This document shows positions 19,698-28,491 of a stretch of DNA of 64,000 nucleotides, piece after piece. The notes beneath the pieces were generated by a model, which was not told the origin of the DNA, did not search any database, and saw nothing but the letters and a program-made list of their open reading frames with translations. Each line of letters opens with the position of its first letter. Positions within the stretch are counted from its first letter, which is position 1. Source of the stretch: Minisyncoccia bacterium (lineage in GTDB: Bacteria; Patescibacteriota; Minisyncoccia; Phycocordibacterales; UBA9973); the NCBI GenBank assembly GCA_041737125.1, contig JBGSSJ010000012.1, forward strand, positions 2,637 to 66,636, given 5' to 3'. Made by a program: the position numbers and the translations under genes.

Positions 19698-20403
19698 AGC
19701 TATAACAGATCCTAAAGTAATCTTATTTGCTATACTTGGGGGGCTTATGCCTGCCCTACTTTGGCTTTGGTTCTGGTTTAAAAATGAAGACAATGAAGAA
19801 AGAGAGCCTATAGTACTAATTGTAACTTCATTTATCTTGGGAGGCTTACTTGTCCTTATTGCAGGCTTTCTACAGAAGGCCACCTTGGGTCACATTACTG
19901 ACAAAAATTTACAGATTGTGGCATGGGCAGGTATAGAAGAAGCACTCAAGATGGCCGGTGTATTAGTTATAATAATGGGTACGAATATTATCAGGAGGCC
20001 AATAGATTACCCAATGTATTTCATAGCTGTTGCACTTGGATTCGCGGGGCTTGAGAATATTTTCTACTTACTGCATCCTATTAGTACAGATGGAACTGTT
20101 GTAGGATTACTCACTGGTAACCTTAGATACTTGGGCTCTACACTTCTTCACGCAATCGCAAGCTCGATGATGGGTAGCGCGCTAGGACTTGCATTCTATA
20201 CGAAGAGTATGCGAGGAGTTTATCTATTCTTTGGTCTGTTTTGTGCTATAATATTACACAGTGTTTTCAATTTTTATATAATGAAAAATGGTGGAGCGAA
20301 TTTCTTGAGTGTTTTTGGGTTTTTATGGGTCGTCGCAATTATTAATATACTTATTTTTGAAAAGTTAAGACGTATGGGGAGATATATTCCTGTACAACAA
20401 TAA
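19690..20403 (+). CDS. PrsW-family intramembrane protease-like membrane protein
   Basis: 237 aa polytopic; PrsW-like motifs EExxK (IEEALKM), FxxxH-like and HAIASS present. Confidence 0.45.
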   Translation: MTEAITDPKVILFAILGGLMPALLWLWFWFKNEDNEEREPIVLIVTSFILGGLLVLIAGFLQKATLGHITDKNLQIVAWAGIEEALKMAGVLVIIMGTNIIRRPIDYPMYFIAVALGFAGLENIFYLLHPISTDGTVVGLLTGNLRYLGSTLLHAIASSMMGSALGLAFYTKSMRGVYLFFGLFCAIILHSVFNFYIMKNGGANFLSVFGFLWVVAIINILIFEKLRRMGRYIPVQQ

Positions 20404-20408
20404 TATAT

Positions 20409-20894
20409 ATGCTTAAAAAGAAATCATTTTTAGAAAGACTTACTGGTAGTATGAAATTCGAAGACGAAGAAGAAGAAATTGATACTGAAAGTAAGACTAT
20501 TACTTTGGATAAAAATCCAAATAACAAAGAAGAGAAGAAAACTTCTAATTGGGAGGAAGAGGAGGAGGCACAGCTCACAGTAGACCTATATCAGACAAAT
20601 ACAGATATAGTAGTCCAGGCCATGATTGCAGGAGTCTTACCCGAGAACCTTTCTATAGTTATATCTCGAGATATGATAACCGTTAAAGGTAAAAGAGAGG
20701 AAAATAAAGCTATAAACACTGAGAATTATTTCGTGCAAGAATTGTATTGGGGATCATTCTCTCGTACTATTTCCCTACCAGAGGAGGTAGACCCTGAAGG
20801 CGCTGATGCAGTGGAAAAGCATGGCTTGCTCATCATAAAGATGCCGAAAATAAACAAAGACAAGAAGACTACACTAAAAGTAAAATCAATATAA
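20409..20894 (+). CDS. Small heat-shock protein, Hsp20/alpha-crystallin family
   Basis: 161 aa; acidic N-terminal arm followed by an alpha-crystallin domain (TVDLYQTNTDIVVQAMIAGV...GLLIIKMPK). Confidence 0.75.
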   Translation: MLKKKSFLERLTGSMKFEDEEEEIDTESKTITLDKNPNNKEEKKTSNWEEEEEAQLTVDLYQTNTDIVVQAMIAGVLPENLSIVISRDMITVKGKREENKAINTENYFVQELYWGSFSRTISLPEEVDPEGADAVEKHGLLIIKMPKINKDKKTTLKVKSI

Positions 20895-20895
20895 T

Positions 20896-20934
20896 AAAAA
20901 CTCCTCCCCGACCATGGTCGGGGAGGAGTTTTTA
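20896..20934. terminator. Bidirectional intrinsic terminator between convergent genes
   Basis: A-run, then a perfect 13-bp stem CTCCTCCCCGACC / GGTCGGGGAGGAG with loop ATG, then a T-run. Confidence 0.8.
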
Positions 20935-21711
20935 TTATTTTATAATATTACGAGGAGGTAGTGGTATGAACATACTCACTCGGTCTTTGTATTCTTTGAA
21001 ATCTGGATTCTCTTCCATCTTTTTCTCAAGGAGTGGTATGCCAGAAACTTTCAGAATAAGGAAAGTTATAGTGAGAGGCCCAATAATACCGAAAAGTCCG
21101 AAAGGTAAACCTAGAGCAATAATCCACAAGCCCCACCATTGTGTGACTTCACCAAAGTAATTTGGATGACGAGTATATGCCCACAAGCCACTCTGCATTA
21201 GCTTGCCTTTATTCTCAGGATTCTTTATGAATCTTGCTAACTGTGCATCCCCCACTGCTTCAAAGTAAAATCCTACAAGCCAAACAACCACACCTATAAC
21301 ATCAAACAGACTTATCACAGATGAAACACTTTTATTAATCAGTAACACTGGGAATACAATAAGAAAAAGTAGAGTTCCTTGTAAAATATACACTTGTAGG
21401 TAAGAGCGTAAAACGAACCACCTACCCCACTCTTTGCGCCAAGCCAGATAGCGATAATCCTCTGTTTTGCCTTTATTACGATTATAAATATGAGAAGCTA
21501 AACGCAAACCCCAAATACTCACAAGCAAACACACAATAAGCCCTCGCATAGTATGCATATCAGAAAGCGAGAATGACACCCATGCCATAAGCACAAAACC
21601 CAAACCCCATGCGACATCAGCTACATCATTCCTCTGTTTAATAAGAGAAATGACAAACCACATACTCATGTAAACGAGTAATACTAAACCGAGTATTATA
21701 TAGTAGTTCAT
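20935..21711 (-). CDS. DUF1295 / ICMT-like polytopic membrane protein (steroid-reductase / methyltransferase superfamily)
   Basis: 258 aa; multiple TM helices and a C-terminal RHPNYFGE motif characteristic of the family. Confidence 0.5.
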   Translation of the reverse strand: MNYYIILGLVLLVYMSMWFVISLIKQRNDVADVAWGLGFVLMAWVSFSLSDMHTMRGLIVCLLVSIWGLRLASHIYNRNKGKTEDYRYLAWRKEWGRWFVLRSYLQVYILQGTLLFLIVFPVLLINKSVSSVISLFDVIGVVVWLVGFYFEAVGDAQLARFIKNPENKGKLMQSGLWAYTRHPNYFGEVTQWWGLWIIALGLPFGLFGIIGPLTITFLILKVSGIPLLEKKMEENPDFKEYKDRVSMFIPLPPRNIIK

Positions 21712-22106
21712 AATCCTATTTTAGTTGAAATTAAATATGTAATAGCAGAGACCGAAGCAGCAAGAACTGCACCCCAAGCCAAATCCACAATAGTCACGAG
21801 TAGTGGCCAATCTTTCGCAACAGCTAAATTCGTCAGATCATAAGTCGCATAACAAACAAAACCAAACAATGCACCAAACAGAATTGCATGCATCAAAGAA
21901 CCTTTACTTACAGCAGGTGATATAACAAATACAATAAGTCCACCGATAAAAATAAGGTAGAATATAATCGCCGCAGCCCAATTCACATCTGGCTTCATAA
22001 GCATACCGATTTGTTCGCGATAGAAATTCTTCGCAATTACCCCAAGCCAAATCATATCAATAGCAAAGAAAACAGGTAAAGCAATAGCATAAAGTTTTAT
22101 AAACAT
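21708..22106 (-). CDS. Small integral membrane protein (DUF2177-like)
   Basis: 132 aa with four predicted TM helices; family assignment is from memory of the fold pattern only. Confidence 0.3.
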   Translation of the reverse strand: MFIKLYAIALPVFFAIDMIWLGVIAKNFYREQIGMLMKPDVNWAAAIIFYLIFIGGLIVFVISPAVSKGSLMHAILFGALFGFVCYATYDLTNLAVAKDWPLLVTIVDLAWGAVLAASVSAITYLISTKIGL

Positions 22107-22119
22107 AAATATATTTTGA

Positions 22120-22800
22120 TTAATTTTTAATTTCTTTTAATACGACCTTTATCAAGTTGTCTTCTATGAGCTTCGCATAACCTTCTTTGTTCGGATGGAT
22201 ACGGTCAGCTAGCATCAGATCTCCATCCAGGAATACACTTGCAACAAGGAAAGGCACAAGTGGTAAATTATACTTCTCGGACAAATCTTCATATACAGCA
22301 TCAAATTCTTTCTTATATTGGAATCCTGCATTAAGTGGTGACTGCATTTCAAGCATTAAAATTGTAGGTTTACTTTCGGCACTCTGTAGTATCTTGATGG
22401 TACTTTCCATATTATTTTTCATTTCTGTTACTGGTAGAGCACGTAATGCATCGTTGCCTCCTATACCCCATATAATCATGTCAGGATTTTGTTCTTTAAT
22501 AAAAGTTGCTCTTTCATTATTACCTTTCGTTGTCTCTCCGCTCACACCAGCGTTGATAACTTTCACATCGATGCCTTCCGCCTTCAGTCTCTCTTCTAGC
22601 TGGTAAGGATAACTCTCAGAGAGAGGTAGTCCATACCCCGCAGTCAGACTATCCCCAAAAGCAACTATAGTATACTTTGCACCAGGATTATTTTGTTTAA
22701 GATTTACTTCTTTCTTATCATCTTTCAATGTGAAATACCACAATGAAAATATTGCTAAAATTACAATAACAATTATTAGAATGATTTTAACGTTCTTCAT
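22120..22800 (-). CDS. SGNH/GDSL esterase (TesA-like, membrane-anchored or secreted)
   Basis: Track ORF is 22120..22854; the likely start is the internal Met (MKNVKIILIIV..., ~22800) preceding an N-terminal TM/signal. GDSL block I AFGDSLT, block III GGND and block V DRIHP are present. Confidence 0.7.
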   Translation of the reverse strand: MKNVKIILIIVIVILAIFSLWYFTLKDDKKEVNLKQNNPGAKYTIVAFGDSLTAGYGLPLSESYPYQLEERLKAEGIDVKVINAGVSGETTKGNNERATFIKEQNPDMIIWGIGGNDALRALPVTEMKNNMESTIKILQSAESKPTILMLEMQSPLNAGFQYKKEFDAVYEDLSEKYNLPLVPFLVASVFLDGDLMLADRIHPNKEGYAKLIEDNLIKVVLKEIKN

Positions 22801-25285
22801 ATGACAGTAATTCTCGAAGTGGCTTCTTATCACTTTTCCATAACACTTTGGCAAGTATAACCACGAATAGTATTATAGCACCTAATGCTATCAGCAACTC
22901 CACATTATAAAGGCTGGTACTTTCAATTTTAAAATAGTAGCGAGCAATAAATAAAGTGCCCAATATAGCTGTAAGATAGCCGAGCACTCCACTAAATAAA
23001 GTAGTAGAAATAGTCTCAAGATAGTACAATCTTTCGATGAATTTCTTCTTCGCACCTAGAGCCATCATCTGGGCGCTTTGCTTACGTCTTCCTTCGAAAG
23101 AAGAGATAATTAGAGTGACTATTAGGAAGAGCGCCAAAACCAAAGGTGGTATAGATATGACGAATATTATGACGAGTAATCCTCCTATTAAGCCTTCTGC
23201 AAATTTAGTAATTTCTGCTGTATCAATAATCGAGATATTTGGGAAGTTCTGTGCTAAGAATTTCGTAAAGTTGTTCTTCTCTAGACCATCTAGGTAATTG
23301 TAGCCGAAGAATGTGGCTGGATACTTCTCTAAATCTTTCGGATTAAATACAAAATAGAAAAATGGCAAGCCACTCCTAGAATCAGACTCCCTTATACTTG
23401 TCACCGTAGCCTCAACTTCAAAGCCTTGTATAGAGAATACAACTCTCGAGCCCATAACAATATCAGCTCTCTCAGCGAATTCTTTTTCCACAGAGACTTC
23501 ATTCACCTCCCCACTGAGCCATTTACCTTTCACTACTTTCTCATTCGGAAGTAAATCTTCACGATAAGTCAAATTGTATTCCCTGCCGAACTCACGACTA
23601 ACGGATCCATCAGCAAGCGCTATGCCCTTTTGTATATCTCTATCATCGATGAATAGTATACGTGCACCTACGTTCGGGAACAAAGTCACATCTTTGAAAT
23701 TCTCTTTTATACTCTCTGTCTGAGATTTCTGAATGTCTACTATATATACCGTAGGCAATCTCTCGCCCAAATCTTTCTGTATGAAAGTCGTAAGAGTAGA
23801 CTGAAGAAGTATAAGTAAAGACAGAGATGTAAGCGCTACGTAAAGTGAGGTTAAAGACACAATACCAAATAGTCCATCTTTATATTTATATGATATTAAG
23901 GTCCTAGTTAGGAATTTAAATTTACTCCTCTTCTTGTATAGAGTTAAGATTAAATAATAGAATAAGACAGCAAGTAGTACATATATAGCAATAATCGCAA
24001 AGATACTAATAAGCCCATAAAGGAAGCTCTCGAGTAAGAATATGGCTATTAGTACCAAAGGAATTAGAGTAGATAGAGTGATAATAATAAAATTACCAAA
24101 CACATTCTTCTCTTTAGGTTCTTGCCCGCCGGACAAAAGTATCTTTGGATTGAGGCGCATCAGACTGCGTAGACTAGGGATGAATGAAGCAAATGAAATA
24201 CTAAAAACTACAAACAAAGTAAGGATAGTAGGAATAAGTAGGTCGACTAATGGTAGCTCTAAATCAAAATTTAAGAAAATATATTCACGAATGAAGTTAA
24301 ATATAATAAGTGACAATCCTCCACCTAGCAAAGTAGATAATATAAGTATGTAGAATAATGAAAGCGATAGAGTGAGTCCGAGCTTCTTCTTTTCAAATCC
24401 TATGGCGAGTAATACTGCGAAACTTTTCCTCATGATAGTAAGTAAGTAAAGCATGCCTGCATAGATATTTACTGCTGCCAAAATACAGGAGAGTAATACT
24501 GCAAGCACAAGGAATTGCTCCACGAGGGAAAGACCTTCAACGAAACCAGGCTCTGATATACCTGCTATATCTACACTTACCCCTCGCATTTCCTCTCTGT
24601 CGATTATTTTAGTCAGGTTATCCTTACTAGTATCCTCAATAATATAAGTATAAGTGTACTCTGCTCTTAATAATGACTTGTCTATACTAGCGCGATTAAA
24701 ACCTTCCTTACTAATGAGAACTTGAGGTAAGAAATTAAATCCTGATAGTAGTGACTTACTATCCTTCTCTATGATTCCTATTACTTTGTAATTTTTATTT
24801 GCATAGATTATATCCTCTCCGACTGATACATCGAGCTTTGTCTGTGCATTCTTGTCGATGTATATCTCATCCTCTTTTGGAGTGACATAAGTCGATCCTT
24901 CTATACTTAGGCCTCCGTAGACTGGATAGCTATTATCCACAACAGATAAAGATACAGGAGTATTCAAATCCCCTTTCGTAAGAATACCTGAGAAGTCATA
25001 CTGACTGGATTTATCAATAACTTTAATATCTTGCCCCAGGATATCACCCAAACTCTTGTCGTCGAGTTCATAATTGGACTCAATCGATATGTCCCCACCG
25101 ATTAATTCTTTATTCTTATCTTCCAAGAACATTGAACTAGAATTCGTAAAAAGTAACACTGTGAAAACTATCAGCGTAGTAAAAGTAAGCGACAAAAAAG
25201 GTAAGATGAACTTCTTCCATTCACGTGAGACAATACGCAAACTAAATTTAAATATAGTTTTAAAATTATACACTTTTTCTTTCAT
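22787..25285 (-). CDS. ABC transporter permease with two FtsX-like domains (YbbP/MacB-like)
   Basis: 832 aa; two repeats each of a large periplasmic domain followed by a four-TM FtsX-like bundle; directly follows the ABC ATPase gene. Confidence 0.7.
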   Translation of the reverse strand: MKEKVYNFKTIFKFSLRIVSREWKKFILPFLSLTFTTLIVFTVLLFTNSSSMFLEDKNKELIGGDISIESNYELDDKSLGDILGQDIKVIDKSSQYDFSGILTKGDLNTPVSLSVVDNSYPVYGGLSIEGSTYVTPKEDEIYIDKNAQTKLDVSVGEDIIYANKNYKVIGIIEKDSKSLLSGFNFLPQVLISKEGFNRASIDKSLLRAEYTYTYIIEDTSKDNLTKIIDREEMRGVSVDIAGISEPGFVEGLSLVEQFLVLAVLLSCILAAVNIYAGMLYLLTIMRKSFAVLLAIGFEKKKLGLTLSLSLFYILILSTLLGGGLSLIIFNFIREYIFLNFDLELPLVDLLIPTILTLFVVFSISFASFIPSLRSLMRLNPKILLSGGQEPKEKNVFGNFIIITLSTLIPLVLIAIFLLESFLYGLISIFAIIAIYVLLAVLFYYLILTLYKKRSKFKFLTRTLISYKYKDGLFGIVSLTSLYVALTSLSLLILLQSTLTTFIQKDLGERLPTVYIVDIQKSQTESIKENFKDVTLFPNVGARILFIDDRDIQKGIALADGSVSREFGREYNLTYREDLLPNEKVVKGKWLSGEVNEVSVEKEFAERADIVMGSRVVFSIQGFEVEATVTSIRESDSRSGLPFFYFVFNPKDLEKYPATFFGYNYLDGLEKNNFTKFLAQNFPNISIIDTAEITKFAEGLIGGLLVIIFVISIPPLVLALFLIVTLIISSFEGRRKQSAQMMALGAKKKFIERLYYLETISTTLFSGVLGYLTAILGTLFIARYYFKIESTSLYNVELLIALGAIILFVVILAKVLWKSDKKPLRELLSYEER

Positions 25286-25994
25286 GTTTTATTTCGTGTA
25301 AATTTTTATCTTTCAATTCTATTATACGGTCCATTTTCTCTGCTATATTCATGTCATGAGTAATTATGATTAAAGTCTTCCCTCTCTTATCCACTTCGCG
25401 GAGTAATAGATCAAGCACTCTTCCACCAGTCTTGCCATCGAGGCTTCCTGTCGGCTCATCGGCTAGTATTATATCTGCATTCGATGCTAGAGCTCGCGCA
25501 ATAGCGACTCTCTGTCGCTCGCCACCGGAAAGCGTGGATGGGAAAGAGTGAGCCCTGTCTTTAAGCCCAACCTCTTGGAGTAGAGTGTTCGTAATATCTT
25601 CAATATCTTTAGCAGTAAAAGTGCCCCGGATATCTAGCGGCGCGGAAATATTCTCGAATGAATTAAACGGACTGACTAATTCGAAAGATTGGAAAATGAT
25701 TGATACCTGCTTATTTCTGTATTCTGATAGTTCGTCGAGCGACAGAGTGTTTATCATGCGATTCTTCACATGTATCTCCCCTTCTGTCGGCCTGTCGAGC
25801 CCTGCAAGTAGCGATAGCAATGTGGACTTACCACTACCTGAAGCCCCTACTATAGCCACCTTCTCCCCGTCCTTTATCTGTAAGCTAGTATCCTCGAATA
25901 TAACTAAAGGTGTGTCATTATCATTAAACTCTTTCTTTAAATTTTTTATCTCTATTATTGTATTTTTATCCATATAATATACCCATCTTACCAT
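25266..25994 (-). CDS. ABC transporter ATP-binding protein (YbbA/LolD/MacB-type)
   Basis: 242 aa; Walker A GASGSGKST, signature LSGGERQRVAIARA, Walker B IILADEPTG. Confidence 0.85.
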   Translation of the reverse strand: MVRWVYYMDKNTIIEIKNLKKEFNDNDTPLVIFEDTSLQIKDGEKVAIVGASGSGKSTLLSLLAGLDRPTEGEIHVKNRMINTLSLDELSEYRNKQVSIIFQSFELVSPFNSFENISAPLDIRGTFTAKDIEDITNTLLQEVGLKDRAHSFPSTLSGGERQRVAIARALASNADIILADEPTGSLDGKTGGRVLDLLLREVDKRGKTLIIITHDMNIAEKMDRIIELKDKNLHEIKHERKSV

Positions 25995-26029
25995 TTATCC
26001 CCCAAACAGCCAAAACCCCAAAAAACATT

Positions 26030-26071
26030 CCGACATTCTCAAGAATGTCGGAATGTTTTTTAACGAAGTAA
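26030..26071. terminator. Orphan bidirectional hairpin terminator (A-run, 14-bp perfect stem, T-run) at the left edge of the GC-richer phoH block
   Basis: AAAAAACATTCCGACATTC-TCAA-GAATGTCGGAATGTTTTTT. Confidence 0.65.
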
Positions 26072-26203
26072 TGGTTTGACGTATACCAGGAAAAATGTAA
26101 ATATGTATGAAAATGAGCATATAATTTGCTCTAGGGGTGATTAAATAACATCCTGATGCCATATTGGAAGCGAAAGCAATTATTCAAATAAAAATTCTTT
26201 GAC

Positions 26204-27199
26204 ATGGTAGAGACTATCATTAATCTCGAAACGGTTAACCCTATTGATTTCTTTGGGGTAAACAATGTAAAATTAGACCTTCTGAAAAAGAAGTTTCCAC
26301 TGCTAAAAATACTCGGCAGGGGCACGCAAATAAAACTTAGTGGCTCGCCGGAGCAAATTGCAAGTGCACGGGAAAAAATTGAATTGGTAATACAGTACCT
26401 GGAACGAAACGCCCACCTGACAGATAATTATTTTGAAACTATTTTAGGTGGAGATGATCAGGAAGTAGTTGACAATTTTGTTGAACGTAATCCCAATGAT
26501 GTTTTAGTATTTGGTCCTAACGGAAAAAACGTAAGGCCGAGAACCGCTAACCAAAAAAGTATGGTTGAAGCATCAGATACCAGTGACATTGTTTTTGCTT
26601 TAGGACCTGCAGGTACCGGTAAAACTTATACAGCAGTGGCATTGGCTGTGAGGGCGCTGAAAAACAAATCGGTAAAAAAGATCATCCTTACAAGGCCTGC
26701 AATAGAAGCTGGTGAAAATCTTGGCTTTCTACCCGGAGACTTGAAGGAGAAAATTGATCCTTATTTAAGGCCTTTGTATGACGCCCTGGATGATATGATT
26801 CCTGCAGATAAGTTGGGTTATTACATGAGTACGCGCACTATTGAAATTGCACCACTTGCTTATATGCGTGGCCGTACACTTGATAATGCCTATATTATTC
26901 TCGATGAAGCTCAGAACTCAACCGATCTACAATTAAAAATGTTTCTTACCCGTATTGGTGCCAATGCAAAGGCTATTATTACAGGCGATATGACGCAGGT
27001 GGACCTTCCCAAAAATCAAAGAAGCGGACTTATTAAGGCAAATCGCATTCTACAAAACATAAAAGGTATCGCCCATATTGAATTGAATGAAGAAGATGTG
27101 GTAAGGCACCGTTTGGTAAAATCAATTATTAATGCTTATGCTAAAGAAAAAGAGCGCGAGGACAATGTAGAGGCATCCACGGCGAACACTCGTAGTTAA
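26204..27199 (+). CDS. phoH: PhoH-like ATPase
   Basis: 331 aa; Walker A GPAGTGKT; Walker B ILDEAQN; ITGDMTQVDLP motif. GC content and codon choice differ from flanking genes. Confidence 0.85.
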   Translation: MVETIINLETVNPIDFFGVNNVKLDLLKKKFPLLKILGRGTQIKLSGSPEQIASAREKIELVIQYLERNAHLTDNYFETILGGDDQEVVDNFVERNPNDVLVFGPNGKNVRPRTANQKSMVEASDTSDIVFALGPAGTGKTYTAVALAVRALKNKSVKKIILTRPAIEAGENLGFLPGDLKEKIDPYLRPLYDALDDMIPADKLGYYMSTRTIEIAPLAYMRGRTLDNAYIILDEAQNSTDLQLKMFLTRIGANAKAIITGDMTQVDLPKNQRSGLIKANRILQNIKGIAHIELNEEDVVRHRLVKSIINAYAKEKEREDNVEASTANTRS

Positions 27200-27221
27200 T
27201 AAAAAATAGAGAAGAATACAA

Positions 27222-27254
27222 AGCCGCATTCCTACCCCGGATTGCGGCTTTTTT
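27222..27254 (+). terminator. Intrinsic terminator downstream of phoH
   Basis: AGCCGCATTCC-TACCCC-GGATTGCGGCT followed by TTTTTT. A second hairpin (ATAGCAAGGA-CTA-TCCTTGCTAT, 27274..27296) lies between it and the tRNA-Phe 3' end. Confidence 0.65.
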
Positions 27255-27304
27255 GAATTAATATTGTTTAATAAATAGCAAGGACTATCCTTGCTATTTT
27301 TAAT

Positions 27305-27380
27305 TGGTGCCGAGGACCAGAGTTGAACTGGTGACATCTCCCTCTTCAGGGGAGCGCTCTACCAACTGAGCTACCTCGGC
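27305..27380 (-). tRNA. tRNA-Phe (anticodon GAA), CCA encoded
   Basis: Reverse complement GCCGAGGTAGCTCAGTTGGTAGAGCGCTCCCCTGAAGAGGGAGATGTCACCAGTTCAACTCTGGTCCTCGGCACCA folds into a canonical cloverleaf with a GAA anticodon. Confidence 0.9.
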
Positions 27381-27395
27381 ATATTATTATTTGTT

Positions 27396-27524
27396 AAAAA
27401 CCAAACTCGTTATCATATCTGTCGCTTGTCTTACCAAAACAGCTATCCGAACATATACTTTTATCCCTTAAACCAACCTCGTTATCATATCTGTCGCTTG
27501 TCTTACCAAAACAGCTATCTCGGC
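27396..27524. repeat. Two ~57-bp direct repeats with 72-bp period, 42/42 identical core (27406..27447 and 27478..27519); each ends in a degenerate copy of the tRNA-Phe 5' acceptor/D-arm
   Basis: The core CTCGTTATCATATCTGTCGCTTGTCTTACCAAAACAGCTATC occurs twice. Its end TACCAAAACAGCTATCTCGGC can be compared with the tRNA sequence TACCAACTGAGCTACCTCGGC. Confidence 0.7.
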
Positions 27525-27547
27525 AAGAAACTATCTAGGCTAAAAAA

Positions 27548-27847
27548 TTATCTTTGATTCAATAATTTAATTAATTCATCCATCTGCTTGCTATCACCTA
27601 AACCTTTTGAAATATCACTTATATTCCCCATGTTTGATACACCACCTGAATATATATTCAACATGTTACCCATAAGAGGCTTCACGAAGTAATATGCCCC
27701 GAAAGAGAACAAGATAATGACAGTCCAATAGCCTATTCGATAGATAGCCGCCCATTTCTGATTGCGAACTACCTTCTTTAGCATCTCATTATTCTCTTTT
27801 GCAATGACTAAACTCTCTTCCAAGAGTCTTTTTGTCTCAGGATCCAT
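27548..27847 (-). CDS. Hypothetical small membrane protein
   Basis: 99 aa; one central TM (WAAIYRIGYWTVIILFSFGAYYFV); located between two tRNA genes. Confidence 0.35.
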   Translation of the reverse strand: MDPETKRLLEESLVIAKENNEMLKKVVRNQKWAAIYRIGYWTVIILFSFGAYYFVKPLMGNMLNIYSGGVSNMGNISDISKGLGDSKQMDELIKLLNQR

Positions 27848-27886
27848 ACGCTAAACTTTAGCATATTTGAGATAAAAATAAAAGTG

Positions 27887-27958
27887 TGCCTCCACTCCGA
27901 ATCGAACGGGGATCTATTCCTTAGGACGGAACTGTTCTATCCATTGAACTATGGAGGC
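27887..27958 (-). tRNA. tRNA-Arg (anticodon CCT), CCA not encoded
   Basis: Reverse complement GCCTCCATAGTTCAATGGATAGAACAGTTCCGTCCTAAGGAATAGATCCCCGTTCGATTCGGAGTGGAGGCA gives a cloverleaf with a 7/7 acceptor stem, a T-loop TTCGATT and an anticodon loop GTCCTAA. One C-A mismatch sits in the T-stem. Confidence 0.7.
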
Positions 27959-27965
27959 TATATAT

Positions 27966-27991
27966 AAAAGCACCATTTCTGGTGCTTTTAT
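27966..27991. terminator. Bidirectional hairpin terminator downstream of the glutaredoxin-like gene
   Basis: AAAAGCACCA-TTTC-TGGTGCTTTT. Confidence 0.6.
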
Positions 27992-28020
27992 AATACGTCA
28001 AAAATGTATAAAATGCTACT

Positions 28021-28269
28021 CTATAGACCTAGAAGCTGGTCGATCTTCGGCTGATTGAAGCCGACAACCATTTCATCCCCGATGAAGATTACAGGCACAC
28101 CCATCTGGCCACTCTTCTGTACCATTTCCTTCCTCTTCTCTAAATCAGCGGCTACATCGTAGTCCACATATTCTATATTCTTCTCTTTAAAATAGTCTTT
28201 CGCTTTGTGGCAAAAGTGACATGATGGAGTACTATATACAATTACTTTATTCATAATTTTTACACCCAA
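28021..28269 (-). CDS. Glutaredoxin-like protein (NrdH/Grx family thioredoxin fold)
   Basis: 82 aa; CHFC redox motif at the N-terminus of helix 1; GVPVIFIGDEMVVG glutaredoxin signature. Confidence 0.75.
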   Translation of the reverse strand: MGVKIMNKVIVYSTPSCHFCHKAKDYFKEKNIEYVDYDVAADLEKRKEMVQKSGQMGVPVIFIGDEMVVGFNQPKIDQLLGL

Positions 28270-28385
28270 AAATAGGGCAAATAATTTCTAATGACACTCA
28301 TTATATCATAACAATAATTATTGCAACACTTGACAGAGGTGCTATCAGCGGGACCGTGAATACACTTATCGAAGCTATTTTGGTG

Positions 28386-28456
28386 TGCGGGATACGAGAA
28401 TCGAACTCGTGTCTCATCCTTGGGAAGGACGCATCATACCACTAAACTAATCCCGC
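28386..28456 (-). tRNA. tRNA-Gly (anticodon CCC), CCA not encoded
   Basis: Reverse complement GCGGGATTAGTTTAGTGGTATGATGCGTCCTTCCCAAGGATGAGACACGAGTTCGATTCTCGTATCCCGCA has a 7/7 acceptor stem, a perfect T-arm ACGAG-TTCGATT-CTCGT and an anticodon loop TTCCCAA. The D-stem is weak (wobble pairs). Confidence 0.7.
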
Positions 28457-28489
28457 AAATATATTGGTCGGGCTAAACTAATCCCGCAA
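28443..28489. repeat. 17-bp perfect direct repeat CTAAACTAATCCCGCAA: copy 1 is the 5' end of tRNA-Gly, copy 2 lies 30 bp upstream of the gene
   Basis: Copies at 28443..28459 and 28473..28489, separated by 13 bp (ATATTGGTCGGG...). Confidence 0.7.
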
Positions 28490-28491
28490 TA

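Noticed and set aside
27305-28456. Looked for an integrase or transposase to explain the tRNA-associated repeats and GC-atypical block
   Set aside because: None of the ORFs in or near the region has recombinase motifs (no tyrosine-recombinase R..HxxR..Y or DDE signature), so no mobile element is called.
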